The position numbers were made by a program, and so were the translations under genes. Positions 55,242-64,000 of a stretch of 64,000 bases of DNA are shown in pieces. The notes beneath the pieces were generated by a model, which worked only from the letters and a program-made list of their open reading frames with translations, ran no database searches and was not told where the DNA came from. Origin of the DNA: a virus; IMG/VR virus record IMGVR_UViG_3300021356_000002; one strand, given 5' to 3'. How positions within the stretch are numbered: the stretch's first letter is position 1; each line of letters opens with the position of its first letter.

Positions 55242-55978
55242 CTAAAGAATCTTTCCAAAACGTTTTTGTCATGATTGACCCAGCCGTCAAAGCATCGATG
55301 TGTGCTACCGTTAGGCTTGCTCAACACTTGATACCAACCCATCTCTGCGGGATGCAAGCGTTGCTCTTCGTGTAACCTATCGACGTACGCCCTATCGATA
55401 AAACTCATCGGATGCATAATCAACTGATCGACGATCCAATTGTGATGTCTACCAGCAGGATTAGTATCAAACTGACGCAACATATCAAAGTAATTTTGTT
55501 TCGTGGCTGAGAACGAATTGATACGGTTGTTCTCATAAGTGTCGATCACATAAGGTATAAAATCTGCGTCTTTGTATATCCACGTATCAAATCGTGCACG
55601 AACCACCACATCATAATCATCCTTTATCTTATCACAAAGCCATGCATGAATCAAGTGTTGTTTAGTGTGATGTGAAGTCCACTCACGCCTGTGCATACCA
55701 CCTCGCTGTATAAACGATTTGGTCTCTGCGAAACGATTAGACTCCCAGTGTTCTGGCGGAATGTCGAAGTAAGGATGATAGCCTATGTCAGGCTCAGGAT
55801 AATAGTGTGCAGTTTCTTCGGGAAAATTGTTTTCAAACGTTCTCTGAAAACTAGACCACGTAGCGAAGTGATAATCATAGTCTGGGAAGAATTGCTTGAC
55901 TCTACTTAGATTTTTTTGCAGATTGGTGTTAGGATTCTTACTGACGCAAGCGCCAGAAATACAGACTGCAACTCTCAT
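55238..55978 (-). CDS. Putative glycosyltransferase-like protein (paralog of 50783-51574)
   Basis: MRVAVCISG, HHTKQHLIH, YDVVVRARFD, L.PAEMGWYQ. Confidence 0.5.
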   Translation of the reverse strand: MRVAVCISGACVSKNPNTNLQKNLSRVKQFFPDYDYHFATWSSFQRTFENNFPEETAHYYPEPDIGYHPYFDIPPEHWESNRFAETKSFIQRGGMHRREWTSHHTKQHLIHAWLCDKIKDDYDVVVRARFDTWIYKDADFIPYVIDTYENNRINSFSATKQNYFDMLRQFDTNPAGRHHNWIVDQLIMHPMSFIDRAYVDRLHEEQRLHPAEMGWYQVLSKPNGSTHRCFDGWVNHDKNVLERFFR

Positions 55979-55980
55979 AA

Positions 55981-56643
55981 TTAAACTCGCTGAAAGAAAT
56001 GATCTACATGAAACTGATCGACCTGTTTATAGTTTAAATCTTTCAGCAGAGCAAAGCACTCTTCTGTATTAGGATTTAAATTGTTGAATTCAATTTGAAG
56101 CAAGGGCCAATCATTTTCTTCTAGTGTATGTAGCATTCCCTTAAGAGGACGAAGCACAAAGCCTTCTGTATCAATTTTAATAAAATCAATTTCGGTGAAT
56201 TGGTAATCGTCTACTACTCTTGTCTCCATCTTGATTTCTTTAGGATTGTAACCCGCTCTGGTTTTATAGTGGCGCGTTTCGTCCGTAAGAATTAAAGACA
56301 GACCAGTATTGCCCGCCCGCATAATCATTGTCATCTCTTCGTCTGCATCAGAAACAGCATAAGGATACACTTCGATGTTAGTGACATGACTCAGATTTCG
56401 ATTCATTATCTCATGATAGAGAGGTTCGAACGAATAGACTTGCTCAAAGTTATTAGCATAACGTAGTGCTGTAGTCCCAATGTGACCACCAATATCTAAA
56501 CAGCCACGCTTTTGATCTAGATATTTCTCTGCGATTTCCCAATCAGGCAGAGTCATTGAATAGAGTTCGCCTCTACTTTTAAATCCTTGGTAGAAACTAT
56601 CTCCTTGAAATAACTCCCAGTCGCTCGGTTCTTCAAATTTCAT
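55981..56643 (-). CDS. FkbM family methyltransferase
   Basis: LDIGGHIG, VYSFEP, AVSD, IDFIKIDTEG. Confidence 0.88.
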   Translation of the reverse strand: MKFEEPSDWELFQGDSFYQGFKSRGELYSMTLPDWEIAEKYLDQKRGCLDIGGHIGTTALRYANNFEQVYSFEPLYHEIMNRNLSHVTNIEVYPYAVSDADEEMTMIMRAGNTGLSLILTDETRHYKTRAGYNPKEIKMETRVVDDYQFTEIDFIKIDTEGFVLRPLKGMLHTLEENDWPLLQIEFNNLNPNTEECFALLKDLNYKQVDQFHVDHFFQRV

Positions 56644-57988
56644 TATCGAAGTTCTTCAAGTAGTAATCTAGATCCTCAGGTGTTCCCAAGCCCCACATCT
56701 TGGTCGCTTCATGTGTACGAATCGTTTTACAATCTTGAATTGCTTCGTTAAACACTGGGCAGACATAAAACTCATTGTTGACACGAATGTCTTTTTCAAT
56801 CATCTGCTTTGCGTACTTGACAAAATCTCTGCCGTGCTTCCAGTAGTAGTAACCGACAGTAGCGTTGTCGCTAATAGGATTCTTTTCTGCAACTTCAGTA
56901 ACAAAGCCGTTATCGTCTACTCTGGCAAACGACCATTTAGGGTGAGTGGCTTTGAACGTAACAATGCCACCATCGGCTTGTGTTTCCTGCATCTTGTACA
57001 TGAAGTCAACAGGATCCCATTCGACGTACTGGTCACTGTTCGCAAAGAAGAGCGGTGCGTCCCAGTCAATAAATTCTTCTGCGAGTAGTGCAGTACATGC
57101 CGCACCCTCAGTCATGCCATCGACCTCGACAATCTTACAGTTCGGCGCAATGAGACCAAGCATGGTGTCTAGGTTGTATTGCTCTCGGTGCTCTTTCTGC
57201 ACAACAAAAATAAAGTTTGCATCAAGACCTAGATTCTCTACAACAACTTGAATCATTGGCTTGCCATCTACATCAATCAATGGCTTAGGAAATGTATAGC
57301 CTGCTTGTGCGAATCGAGAGCCAGCGCCTGCCATCGGAATCAACACGTTCAACTTATCATCTTTCCACTTATTCACAATTGGCTCTCCATTAATCTTAGG
57401 CATTATATTTTCGACTGTCACTTGTGACGGGTCTGTTACTCTTATATATTTGGCTCTAGAACGTTCAGCCGCCAGCAGTCCGGGCGGTGAGTCTTCTATA
57501 ATAATCGTCTCTTCGGGCAGACAGTTCATCATCGACATAGCTTTCCAATACATCTCAGGATGTGGCTTGCTATTCTTTACGTCTTCGTTAGAAATGATGA
57601 CTGAGCAGTGTTCGATAAGTTCAGACTTTGCGAGTGACGTTAGCACAGTTGAACGAATGCTATTAGAACATACACCAATTTTGTAGCCATTTTCAACCAA
57701 TCTGTTGAATAGCTCGACGATTTGTGCCTGAGGTTTAAGTTCGCGAATTTCGAAGTGCGTCAGAAGTTGTTTGCGATTGTAAACTCGATCATGCTCTTCA
57801 AGAGGCAAGCCCTTGTTTCGTGTAAGCATATCAAGTTTCTGACGGGTCTTGTGACCATCGTAGATGTTAAGATGTTCTTCAGGAGTGATTGCATAGTCCT
57901 TACCGAGCGCCTCGTTTAGCGTTCGGTAATGGATGTCTTTTGCGTCGATCAATACCCCATCAAGGTCGAATAATATAAGTTTGATCAT
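56633..57988 (-). CDS. HAD phosphatase fused to sugar nucleotidyltransferase
   Basis: FDLDGVL, KPHPE, EDS; then IPMAGAGSRF...PKPLI, ANSDQ, EK..IS. Confidence 0.9.
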   Translation of the reverse strand: MIKLILFDLDGVLIDAKDIHYRTLNEALGKDYAITPEEHLNIYDGHKTRQKLDMLTRNKGLPLEEHDRVYNRKQLLTHFEIRELKPQAQIVELFNRLVENGYKIGVCSNSIRSTVLTSLAKSELIEHCSVIISNEDVKNSKPHPEMYWKAMSMMNCLPEETIIIEDSPPGLLAAERSRAKYIRVTDPSQVTVENIMPKINGEPIVNKWKDDKLNVLIPMAGAGSRFAQAGYTFPKPLIDVDGKPMIQVVVENLGLDANFIFVVQKEHREQYNLDTMLGLIAPNCKIVEVDGMTEGAACTALLAEEFIDWDAPLFFANSDQYVEWDPVDFMYKMQETQADGGIVTFKATHPKWSFARVDDNGFVTEVAEKNPISDNATVGYYYWKHGRDFVKYAKQMIEKDIRVNNEFYVCPVFNEAIQDCKTIRTHEATKMWGLGTPEDLDYYLKNFDNEI

Positions 57989-57990
57989 GT

Positions 57991-58557
57991 TTAAGAACTT
58001 GTGTCGCGGTATCTCACTGGGTAGTCTGTACAGATTGCGTTAAAATCCGTAGTGTCTGTGTTGTGTCTTTCGGGCATCATCGCAATTGTTGTAGGAGTTA
58101 CGTCAATATGAAGAGGACAATGTTTATCAGGATACGCAACGATGCTTGACTGTGATGTTAATGTATAATCATCACTATCGTGGAAAAAATATTCGAATGC
58201 AGGACCATGTTCTACTGTCATCCCAATCATGTGAGCCAAAGCTTCGCCATTTTTACAATGGATTAACAGACGATTTGAGCGATTGATAAAAAATCTATCG
58301 ATGACATAATTGTCAAAGATGTCGCTGTCGCTTGGATAATCGTGACCCAGAACCATAGTACCATTGATGTTCCAAACATCAACTTCAACTTTAAATCCTT
58401 GACCAATTGCAGAGTCGATGTGTGAAATCGTATTCTCTAGTTCTGGATTAGGTCCGTAGAGATTGCCTCTGTGCGCAATATAAGTTTTTGACACTTCTGT
58501 AGCGAATTCATCACCGCCAGAATCCGTCATGCCATCTGAGTCTATAAAGTCTGTCAT
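57991..58557 (-). CDS. Glycerophosphodiester phosphodiesterase-like protein
   Basis: IAHRGN, EN, VEVDV, LGHD, IHCKN, ICTDY. Confidence 0.78.
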   Translation of the reverse strand: MTDFIDSDGMTDSGGDEFATEVSKTYIAHRGNLYGPNPELENTISHIDSAIGQGFKVEVDVWNINGTMVLGHDYPSDSDIFDNYVIDRFFINRSNRLLIHCKNGEALAHMIGMTVEHGPAFEYFFHDSDDYTLTSQSSIVAYPDKHCPLHIDVTPTTIAMMPERHNTDTTDFNAICTDYPVRYRDTSS

Positions 58558-59096
58558 TTAAACCAACTCACTAATACTAGTCTATGTCCTTGTTGAACCT
58601 GCGTAACACCGTGCAGAGTTTTGCCGTCGTAGATCATTGACTGACCGTCAGTCGTTTCCACGATTACCGGTATAATATCTCTTCCATATGGACCATGACC
58701 ATTACCGGTTCTCTTCGCATATTTGAATGCGGGTCTTGGCTTCCTATTGTATTTATCATAAATCAAACTACCACCACCAATTAAATCTTTCGTTTCTATC
58801 ATGGTAATGATAGTTAATTTTATGACTTTATCATCGTCTGTATGTATTCTGGTAAATGCATCCTTTCCATACATTACAAAATAATGAGCGTGAGTAGTGA
58901 GACCTTCACTTTCGCCTCTCGCAGAAATTTTCTGTATGATGTCATTCCACTGTTTAGGATGTATGTCCCGTTTGTCTACATCAAACAAATTGTAATCTTG
59001 ATGAGCAAGTTGAGGATCGAGGGTGTTGAATAGTTCTCTAAGTTCTGCTCTCTCTTCCTCGGTAATCAGTTGCTCTATCTTATAGTTAGTAGTCAT
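58554..59096 (-). CDS. 2OG-Fe(II) oxygenase
   Basis: Y......IHTD, GG, LHGVTQV..G.R.VLVSW. Confidence 0.8.
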   Translation of the reverse strand: MTTNYKIEQLITEEERAELRELFNTLDPQLAHQDYNLFDVDKRDIHPKQWNDIIQKISARGESEGLTTHAHYFVMYGKDAFTRIHTDDDKVIKLTIITMIETKDLIGGGSLIYDKYNRKPRPAFKYAKRTGNGHGPYGRDIIPVIVETTDGQSMIYDGKTLHGVTQVQQGHRLVLVSWFK

Positions 59097-59664
59097 GTCT
59101 CAGTGCTAAACCAGAGTAGACTCCTTCGCTGTTGTATATAGTAGAAAGATTCAACTCAACATTTAGAAAACCAAACGTGCGAAAAAATTCACGCCACATG
59201 GCTTTTGTCCATCGAACGACATGCGTAGGATCAACTCGCGAACATTCCAACACGTAGTCTTCACCAGGCTTTGCGCAGATCGGCATACGAAATACGATTG
59301 CCTTGGTCTTGATGTTTTTAAAAAAGTTTTCAAGCGCATCATAGTCCATGTGTTCGAACACGTCAAGACCAAACACTACACCGTGATTCGTTGACCAATC
59401 TACTTCACCTCTAGCATCGTGTCCACGTTCTCGTGCTTTAGCTAAAGCCCATGTTGAGATGTCTACACCATAGCAGTCTAGATTTCTGCCCTCAAGACCC
59501 TTGAGTAAAAAGCCAACAGCACAGCCGAAATCAAGTACTGGCTCTTGTAGTAGATTCATCTTACCTAAGAAATCACTGACTTCTTCTGCGAGACGAATGT
59601 AACGATCTTGTCGGTCTAGGTAGTTGGTGTAGTTGTTGCTTTCATAATATTCCTTGTCAAACAT
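59086..59664 (-). CDS. Class I SAM-dependent methyltransferase
   Basis: VLDFGCAVG, GVDIS, DVFEH, DPTH. Confidence 0.85.
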   Translation of the reverse strand: MFDKEYYESNNYTNYLDRQDRYIRLAEEVSDFLGKMNLLQEPVLDFGCAVGFLLKGLEGRNLDCYGVDISTWALAKARERGHDARGEVDWSTNHGVVFGLDVFEHMDYDALENFFKNIKTKAIVFRMPICAKPGEDYVLECSRVDPTHVVRWTKAMWREFFRTFGFLNVELNLSTIYNSEGVYSGLALRHDY

Positions 59665-60771
59665 TTATGCAAAATTCCTATCGTCGAGGTCCATTCGTTG
59701 TGCTACTGTATGAAGCAAACGGTTGTTGTTGTAGTACAAACACGTACCGCAAGCCTTGTCCCAACACTTACCTTTATTGTCTCTTACTTCATACGGATAT
59801 CCATTCATAGAGTAGTTCAGATTAGCATTATCCCATATCTTGATTACGTTGTCAATGCTACCCAAAGAAAATTCTAGTTTGTATGTGCGATCTTCTAGCA
59901 CGTGACTCGTGCACATATACACTTGATAATCGCCACCGTCTGGATGTGGTGCAATGTATGGGCGTGTCAAGCCGACATAACAACCTTCTTCAAAAGGTCG
60001 CGTTGCGTCCCAGATGTCTTTAATAAAGAACTTTGATAGACTGTCGATCTCTTCGATCACAGGTCGCCACTTGTTCTGAATCTCTGTTTGATAGCCATCA
60101 ACTAGTGCGTTGCCTGCAACACGGCAGAACTTAACTTCGGGATTTAGTTCAATCAGTCGAGCGATCTTTTGAATCGACTCTTTCGTAGTGCCAATATACG
60201 GCTTCTTCGTGCGAGACAGTTCGTCAGGCACACCACCGGTGCCGTCGTAGATAATATACGACAGACCGATCTTGTCACGAGGGAATGATCCGAAATCATA
60301 GTCTTCGGGATTCTTACCTTCGTCAAGTTTAATCAGACTGATACGAATCCAGTTGAGCCACTTAAATGCTCGTTTGTCTAGGTGACGCTCAATGTTTTCG
60401 CTGTTGGTGATGATACCCACATCGAAGCCAAGTTGACCGCATAACTCTACTACGTCTGTGATATTCTTCTTATGCTCTTTGTCGCGATACAGCATAGGAT
60501 TACCACCACCCGTGATCTCTACTGCTTTAGCACCAAGTGTCTTAAAGTCTTCCATCATCTTGACCAACTTAGGCCATGAGATGTAACTCTTTAGTGGACG
60601 TGCCGCAACAGAACAGAACGGGCAGTCGCTATCGCAGATTTCACACAGCGATAACTGAACGTTGATGGGCTTGAACTTGTCTTCGTATTGAATCGAGTAC
60701 AGCACGTCCGTATGCTGAAGATACTTGTCGCCCCACGTGCTGTACTTCTGAGTTTTTTCTTCGTAACTCAT
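59665..60771 (-). CDS. Radical SAM enzyme with SPASM/twitch-like C-terminus
   Basis: CDSDCPFC, ITGGGNP, C-terminal C..G...VYMC...CGTC; probable start MSYEEK. Confidence 0.88.
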   Translation of the reverse strand: MSYEEKTQKYSTWGDKYLQHTDVLYSIQYEDKFKPINVQLSLCEICDSDCPFCSVAARPLKSYISWPKLVKMMEDFKTLGAKAVEITGGGNPMLYRDKEHKKNITDVVELCGQLGFDVGIITNSENIERHLDKRAFKWLNWIRISLIKLDEGKNPEDYDFGSFPRDKIGLSYIIYDGTGGVPDELSRTKKPYIGTTKESIQKIARLIELNPEVKFCRVAGNALVDGYQTEIQNKWRPVIEEIDSLSKFFIKDIWDATRPFEEGCYVGLTRPYIAPHPDGGDYQVYMCTSHVLEDRTYKLEFSLGSIDNVIKIWDNANLNYSMNGYPYEVRDNKGKCWDKACGTCLYYNNNRLLHTVAQRMDLDDRNFA

Positions 60772-61562
60772 ATTTGCTTCATTAGTTCCTGAACGTCTTC
60801 GCCACGATTGGGCAACTTGTCTTTCAAAAAGAAATGGACGAAATGGCAATCAGAGATTGATTCATGTGCTGTAAACAAGCCATTCCACTTGCTGTCCATA
60901 TACTTAGTAGGCACGTTATATTTTTTGATGAAATAATTTAGTAGCGTTTGATCTGTGCTCCACTTCCATGCGCCTTTACCATTCACAAAGTCCATAAACT
61001 CGACTCGTTCAATAAACTGCTTTGCGGTCTGACCGTTTAGATACGGCTTAAACTTTTCGCTGTTCAGTAGTATCATACCCATGTTGAAAAATTCGTACCC
61101 TAGACGACCTGGCTTAAAGTCGGCTTTCTTTTGTTTTTGAAGCAAGTCATACTGCATCATAGAGTAGTTAGTGATCTTATCTTTGTACCACTTCTGAATT
61201 GGCATGTCTCGCTCGCAGACAGCACCAAAAGCATGATCAGTGCCAAAGTCTTCGAAGATATTGGGCGAGCCTTCGCGAATGTAGATATCTGCGTCAACGA
61301 TGGCAATCTGATCGTAATCGTCTAACAGATCGAAGGCATTTTCTTTCTCGTAGATAGGCAAAAAGCCACCGTGATTAGCAGTGGCTTCTTTACTGCGATT
61401 AGTCATAAATGGATCTGGCGCTATCTTTAACTTAGGGCTGGACAGCACAATGTGGTCGATCTGATTCTTCCAACAATAGTCCGCAACTGACTGAATACAC
61501 GTTGAATAGAGTGCAGAGTTTTTCGCTTTGCCTAAGCAAACTTGATATATGAGTCTTTTCAT
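60768..61562 (-). CDS. GT-A glycosyltransferase (GT8-like)
   Basis: YDQIAIVDADIY, FFNMGM, TDQTLLNY, KWN, FVHF. Confidence 0.78.
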   Translation of the reverse strand: MKRLIYQVCLGKAKNSALYSTCIQSVADYCWKNQIDHIVLSSPKLKIAPDPFMTNRSKEATANHGGFLPIYEKENAFDLLDDYDQIAIVDADIYIREGSPNIFEDFGTDHAFGAVCERDMPIQKWYKDKITNYSMMQYDLLQKQKKADFKPGRLGYEFFNMGMILLNSEKFKPYLNGQTAKQFIERVEFMDFVNGKGAWKWSTDQTLLNYFIKKYNVPTKYMDSKWNGLFTAHESISDCHFVHFFLKDKLPNRGEDVQELMKQI

Positions 61563-62191
61563 GTCTTAAAGGGTCTACCCGGATGATTGTGTTCGATTGT
61601 TACGCCAACTTCGTCATTCTTGAATTGCATACATGCGGTTTCATTCCATCTGCCGAACTTATCACACGTTCTATGTATCCAAGCATCTGAGTTGTATATA
61701 ACTTTTTTATGGTGCCGAATTCTCATTAGTTCTCTTGCGGCATTAGGTGTCAGATAATATGCACCGCCCGCAAGTTTAGCGCGACCGTAAAGTTTTCCTT
61801 CTTTGTTGATGCGTTCGTCATGACACAGGCACGTGATATTCGTCAAATAAAATTTAGGATTAATGTCTTTTTTTAGCCATGCATCATGTTCCGCAACAAT
61901 GAAAGGCGTCTGTTCGTCCCAGCATTTTTTCCACGCATGATAGTGACTGTACCAAACAGCTTTCTCTGTTTGAGTAAACTCAACATCTACGCCGCGTGAA
62001 TAACTGTGCTTCATCGTGAATGGAAGAAAGTTACATTCGTCCGTCTCAAGGTCTTTCGGTGTCTTCGCTTCAAAATGATTGACCTTGAAGCCGTGTTTCG
62101 TCCAACTGGGAGTACAATGCTCTTTATAGTACTCTGATATGGGATTGCCTGTGATTGCAATCATCCATACTTCTGGCTTATCGGTAGTCAT
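61559..62191 (-). CDS. GT25-like glycosyltransferase
   Basis: TEKAVWYSHYHAW, VAEHDA, GAYYLTP..A. Confidence 0.7.
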   Translation of the reverse strand: MTTDKPEVWMIAITGNPISEYYKEHCTPSWTKHGFKVNHFEAKTPKDLETDECNFLPFTMKHSYSRGVDVEFTQTEKAVWYSHYHAWKKCWDEQTPFIVAEHDAWLKKDINPKFYLTNITCLCHDERINKEGKLYGRAKLAGGAYYLTPNAARELMRIRHHKKVIYNSDAWIHRTCDKFGRWNETACMQFKNDEVGVTIEHNHPGRPFKT

Positions 62192-63149
62192 CTAAGTTAA
62201 ACTCTGTTCCAATCATTTTATGTAAGTCTCGATCATTGTTAGTATACACTAATACTTCAGGATCGTCAAGAAGAAAATCACAATTCTTACAGTAGTCTGG
62301 ATAGTCACCAGTGCGATGAGACTGTCTTAAAGCCGAGTACTCCGGTCCTCGGATGACTTCTTCGATTGTGTTTTCAGAACAGTGTCCGAGAACTGCTTCT
62401 TCGTCCCGTCCCAGAACTTGACAACAAGGATGTACAGCCCCCCGTTTACCGTCAAGACCGCCAGCACGTATAACCACATCGGGACTAAATGGTCTTCCAC
62501 AAGTCTTTACCTTTCCTTTTCTTGCATTGTCTCCGATGTCCCATGCGCCAGACCAGTTATGCATTTTCCAGATTTCTGTTTTACAACCTAGTTCTTCGAC
62601 AAGTTTTTTGTAGTTCTCTAGTTCAGATTCAATGTTGTTATTGTCTGTGATCAGATGATACGTCTCAACAACACAACTTGAGCCAGACGCTTTTACGTAG
62701 TCGATCATCTCTTTGATGTTCTTCTTAATCAGATGATAGTTACTGCCGCGTGTGTTGTACATCCACTTATCGTAGTCTTCGGGCGTAGATCCAATAAACG
62801 AGAAACGAAAGAAGTCAAGACCTGCATCTACACAGTCACGCATAAATTGACCGTGCATTTTAAATCCGTTTGAAAAGATCACTGCTTGTGCGTCATACTT
62901 CTTAACAATCTTGATGTACTCGGGCAAATTGCGATTGATAGTTGCTTCGCCCGAACCATCTAAGTTAACAACACGTAGTCCATGCTTCTTGCAGTCTGAC
63001 ACATACGTCTCAAACTCAAGCAAAGACATCTTGGTAAGAAAGCCCGGATGACGACCACCTTCACGCTTGTCTTGAGGACACATCGAGCAATCAAAGTTAC
63101 ATGCACCCTGTACTTCAATCACTGCTCTATCAATATTAATCGTTGACAT
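62178..63149 (-). CDS. Radical SAM enzyme with SPASM domain
   Basis: CNFDCSMC, GSGE, SNG, C.RPF...VHPCC...YCKNC. Confidence 0.9.
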   Translation of the reverse strand: MSTINIDRAVIEVQGACNFDCSMCPQDKREGGRHPGFLTKMSLLEFETYVSDCKKHGLRVVNLDGSGEATINRNLPEYIKIVKKYDAQAVIFSNGFKMHGQFMRDCVDAGLDFFRFSFIGSTPEDYDKWMYNTRGSNYHLIKKNIKEMIDYVKASGSSCVVETYHLITDNNNIESELENYKKLVEELGCKTEIWKMHNWSGAWDIGDNARKGKVKTCGRPFSPDVVIRAGGLDGKRGAVHPCCQVLGRDEEAVLGHCSENTIEEVIRGPEYSALRQSHRTGDYPDYCKNCDFLLDDPEVLVYTNNDRDLHKMIGTEFNLDDYR

Positions 63150-63999
63150 TTAACTCACCTAATATTTTGTTCTTATAGCGATTCGCTCTCTGGTCCATAT
63201 GACTCAGAATTTGTGGCATCTTATCGAGATACTTATAGAAATCGTTATCCGGTAATCCCGGCTTTGTGAAGTGTACACCTTGCGGATTATGAACTTCTAG
63301 AATCCCGCTATCGCCTAGCGAGATGACAGGCTTGCAAAGATTTCTTGCAATGTACTGCCACATGCCATCATAGAATATACAGAATCTACAATGTCGAATG
63401 TGGTACATTGCTTCGCGAACTGGCGTACGATAGGTCAACTCGACCATATTGAACCCTCTCATCTCTAAGAGTTCAATGATACGTTCCCAGTCTTCAGGAA
63501 AAAATGTGCGCTTCCAGCCTCGAGGAGTCTCTGCGTTGAACAGAGGTCGCCAGAAGCACACTTTATTTTCTACAGGATCAGCCCAAACATCTTTGCGAAA
63601 TATCCATGAAGGGAGACCATCGAGTACAGCAAGAGGACTTCGTTGTCGTTGAAATCCTCTGTGCCGCAGTTTGGTGATCTCGTAGTCAGTGGAGTTGAAA
63701 ATATGATTCATCTTCACTGCGTCTTTGTCATAATAAAAATTATGAAGATACTCGGCTCGCTCGATGATTGTTTCAGGATCTTCGAAGTGATGTAAGTGAT
63801 CTTCAGAATGTTCCCAAAAAACATTCATCGTCATCTGCTCAAGCGGACGGCGCTTTCGTATTAGATGAACCATCATGTGAACTGCATTCAACCCAAAGAG
63901 TATGTCCCCAACTCCAGGAGTGCCTCTCCAATCGACTTCTGTGTCGTAGGTGAAGAGATAGGGATGTTTTCTTATAGGATCATGATACAGTTCAAAATT
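63136..63999 (-). CDS. Putative GT-B (GT9-like) glycosyltransferase, 5' end off window
   Basis: Frame stays open to the window edge (..WRGTPGVGDILFGLNAVH..); KR....W, FYDGM..IA..L.KP.I.L. Confidence 0.55.
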   Translation of the reverse strand, partial: NFELYHDPIRKHPYLFTYDTEVDWRGTPGVGDILFGLNAVHMMVHLIRKRRPLEQMTMNVFWEHSEDHLHHFEDPETIIERAEYLHNFYYDKDAVKMNHIFNSTDYEITKLRHRGFQRQRSPLAVLDGLPSWIFRKDVWADPVENKVCFWRPLFNAETPRGWKRTFFPEDWERIIELLEMRGFNMVELTYRTPVREAMYHIRHCRFCIFYDGMWQYIARNLCKPVISLGDSGILEVHNPQGVHFTKPGLPDNDFYKYLDKMPQILSHMDQRANRYKNKILGELNVND

Positions 64000-64000
64000 C

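Overview
A 64-kb segment of a large T4-like (Tevenvirinae/Kyanoviridae-style) myophage genome, probably marine and infecting a heterotrophic proteobacterium (inference; no photosynthesis genes are visible here). Almost everything is on the minus strand. 1-38.4 kb is the late structural module: gp15 (partial), gp14, gp13, several fibre or accessory virion proteins, a 2078-aa Y/F-x-G-x repeat fibre, a VrlC/DUF4815-like protein, gp8, gp6, gp25, a split gp5 region with an amidase, gp27-like, gp53 and gp48. A plus-strand block follows (gp4, gp2, gp54, gp26, gp51-like, tape-measure-like), with T4 late promoters TATAAATA across the module. 38.5-48.7 kb holds gp32, gp33, a DenV-like glycosylase, thyX, a SleB-like hydrolase, small early genes behind sigma70 promoters, a heme oxygenase / PcyX-like bilin reductase / YbaN cassette, a TAGT-like glycosyltransferase and a Cas4-like nuclease. 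48.7-64 kb is a contiguous ~18-gene glycan synthesis and modification cluster. Most notable: (1) a virion protein with four ~140-150-aa phycobiliprotein-like CxRD repeats in a phage encoding its own bilin pathway; (2) a giant fibre whose two repeat arms are mirror-complementary around a central tip domain; (3) strong Asp-Ser enrichment in virion proteins, a candidate glycosylation sequon for the glycan cluster; (4) a gp26/gp51 -1 frameshift signature. All family assignments come from motif recognition by eye; no database searches were run.
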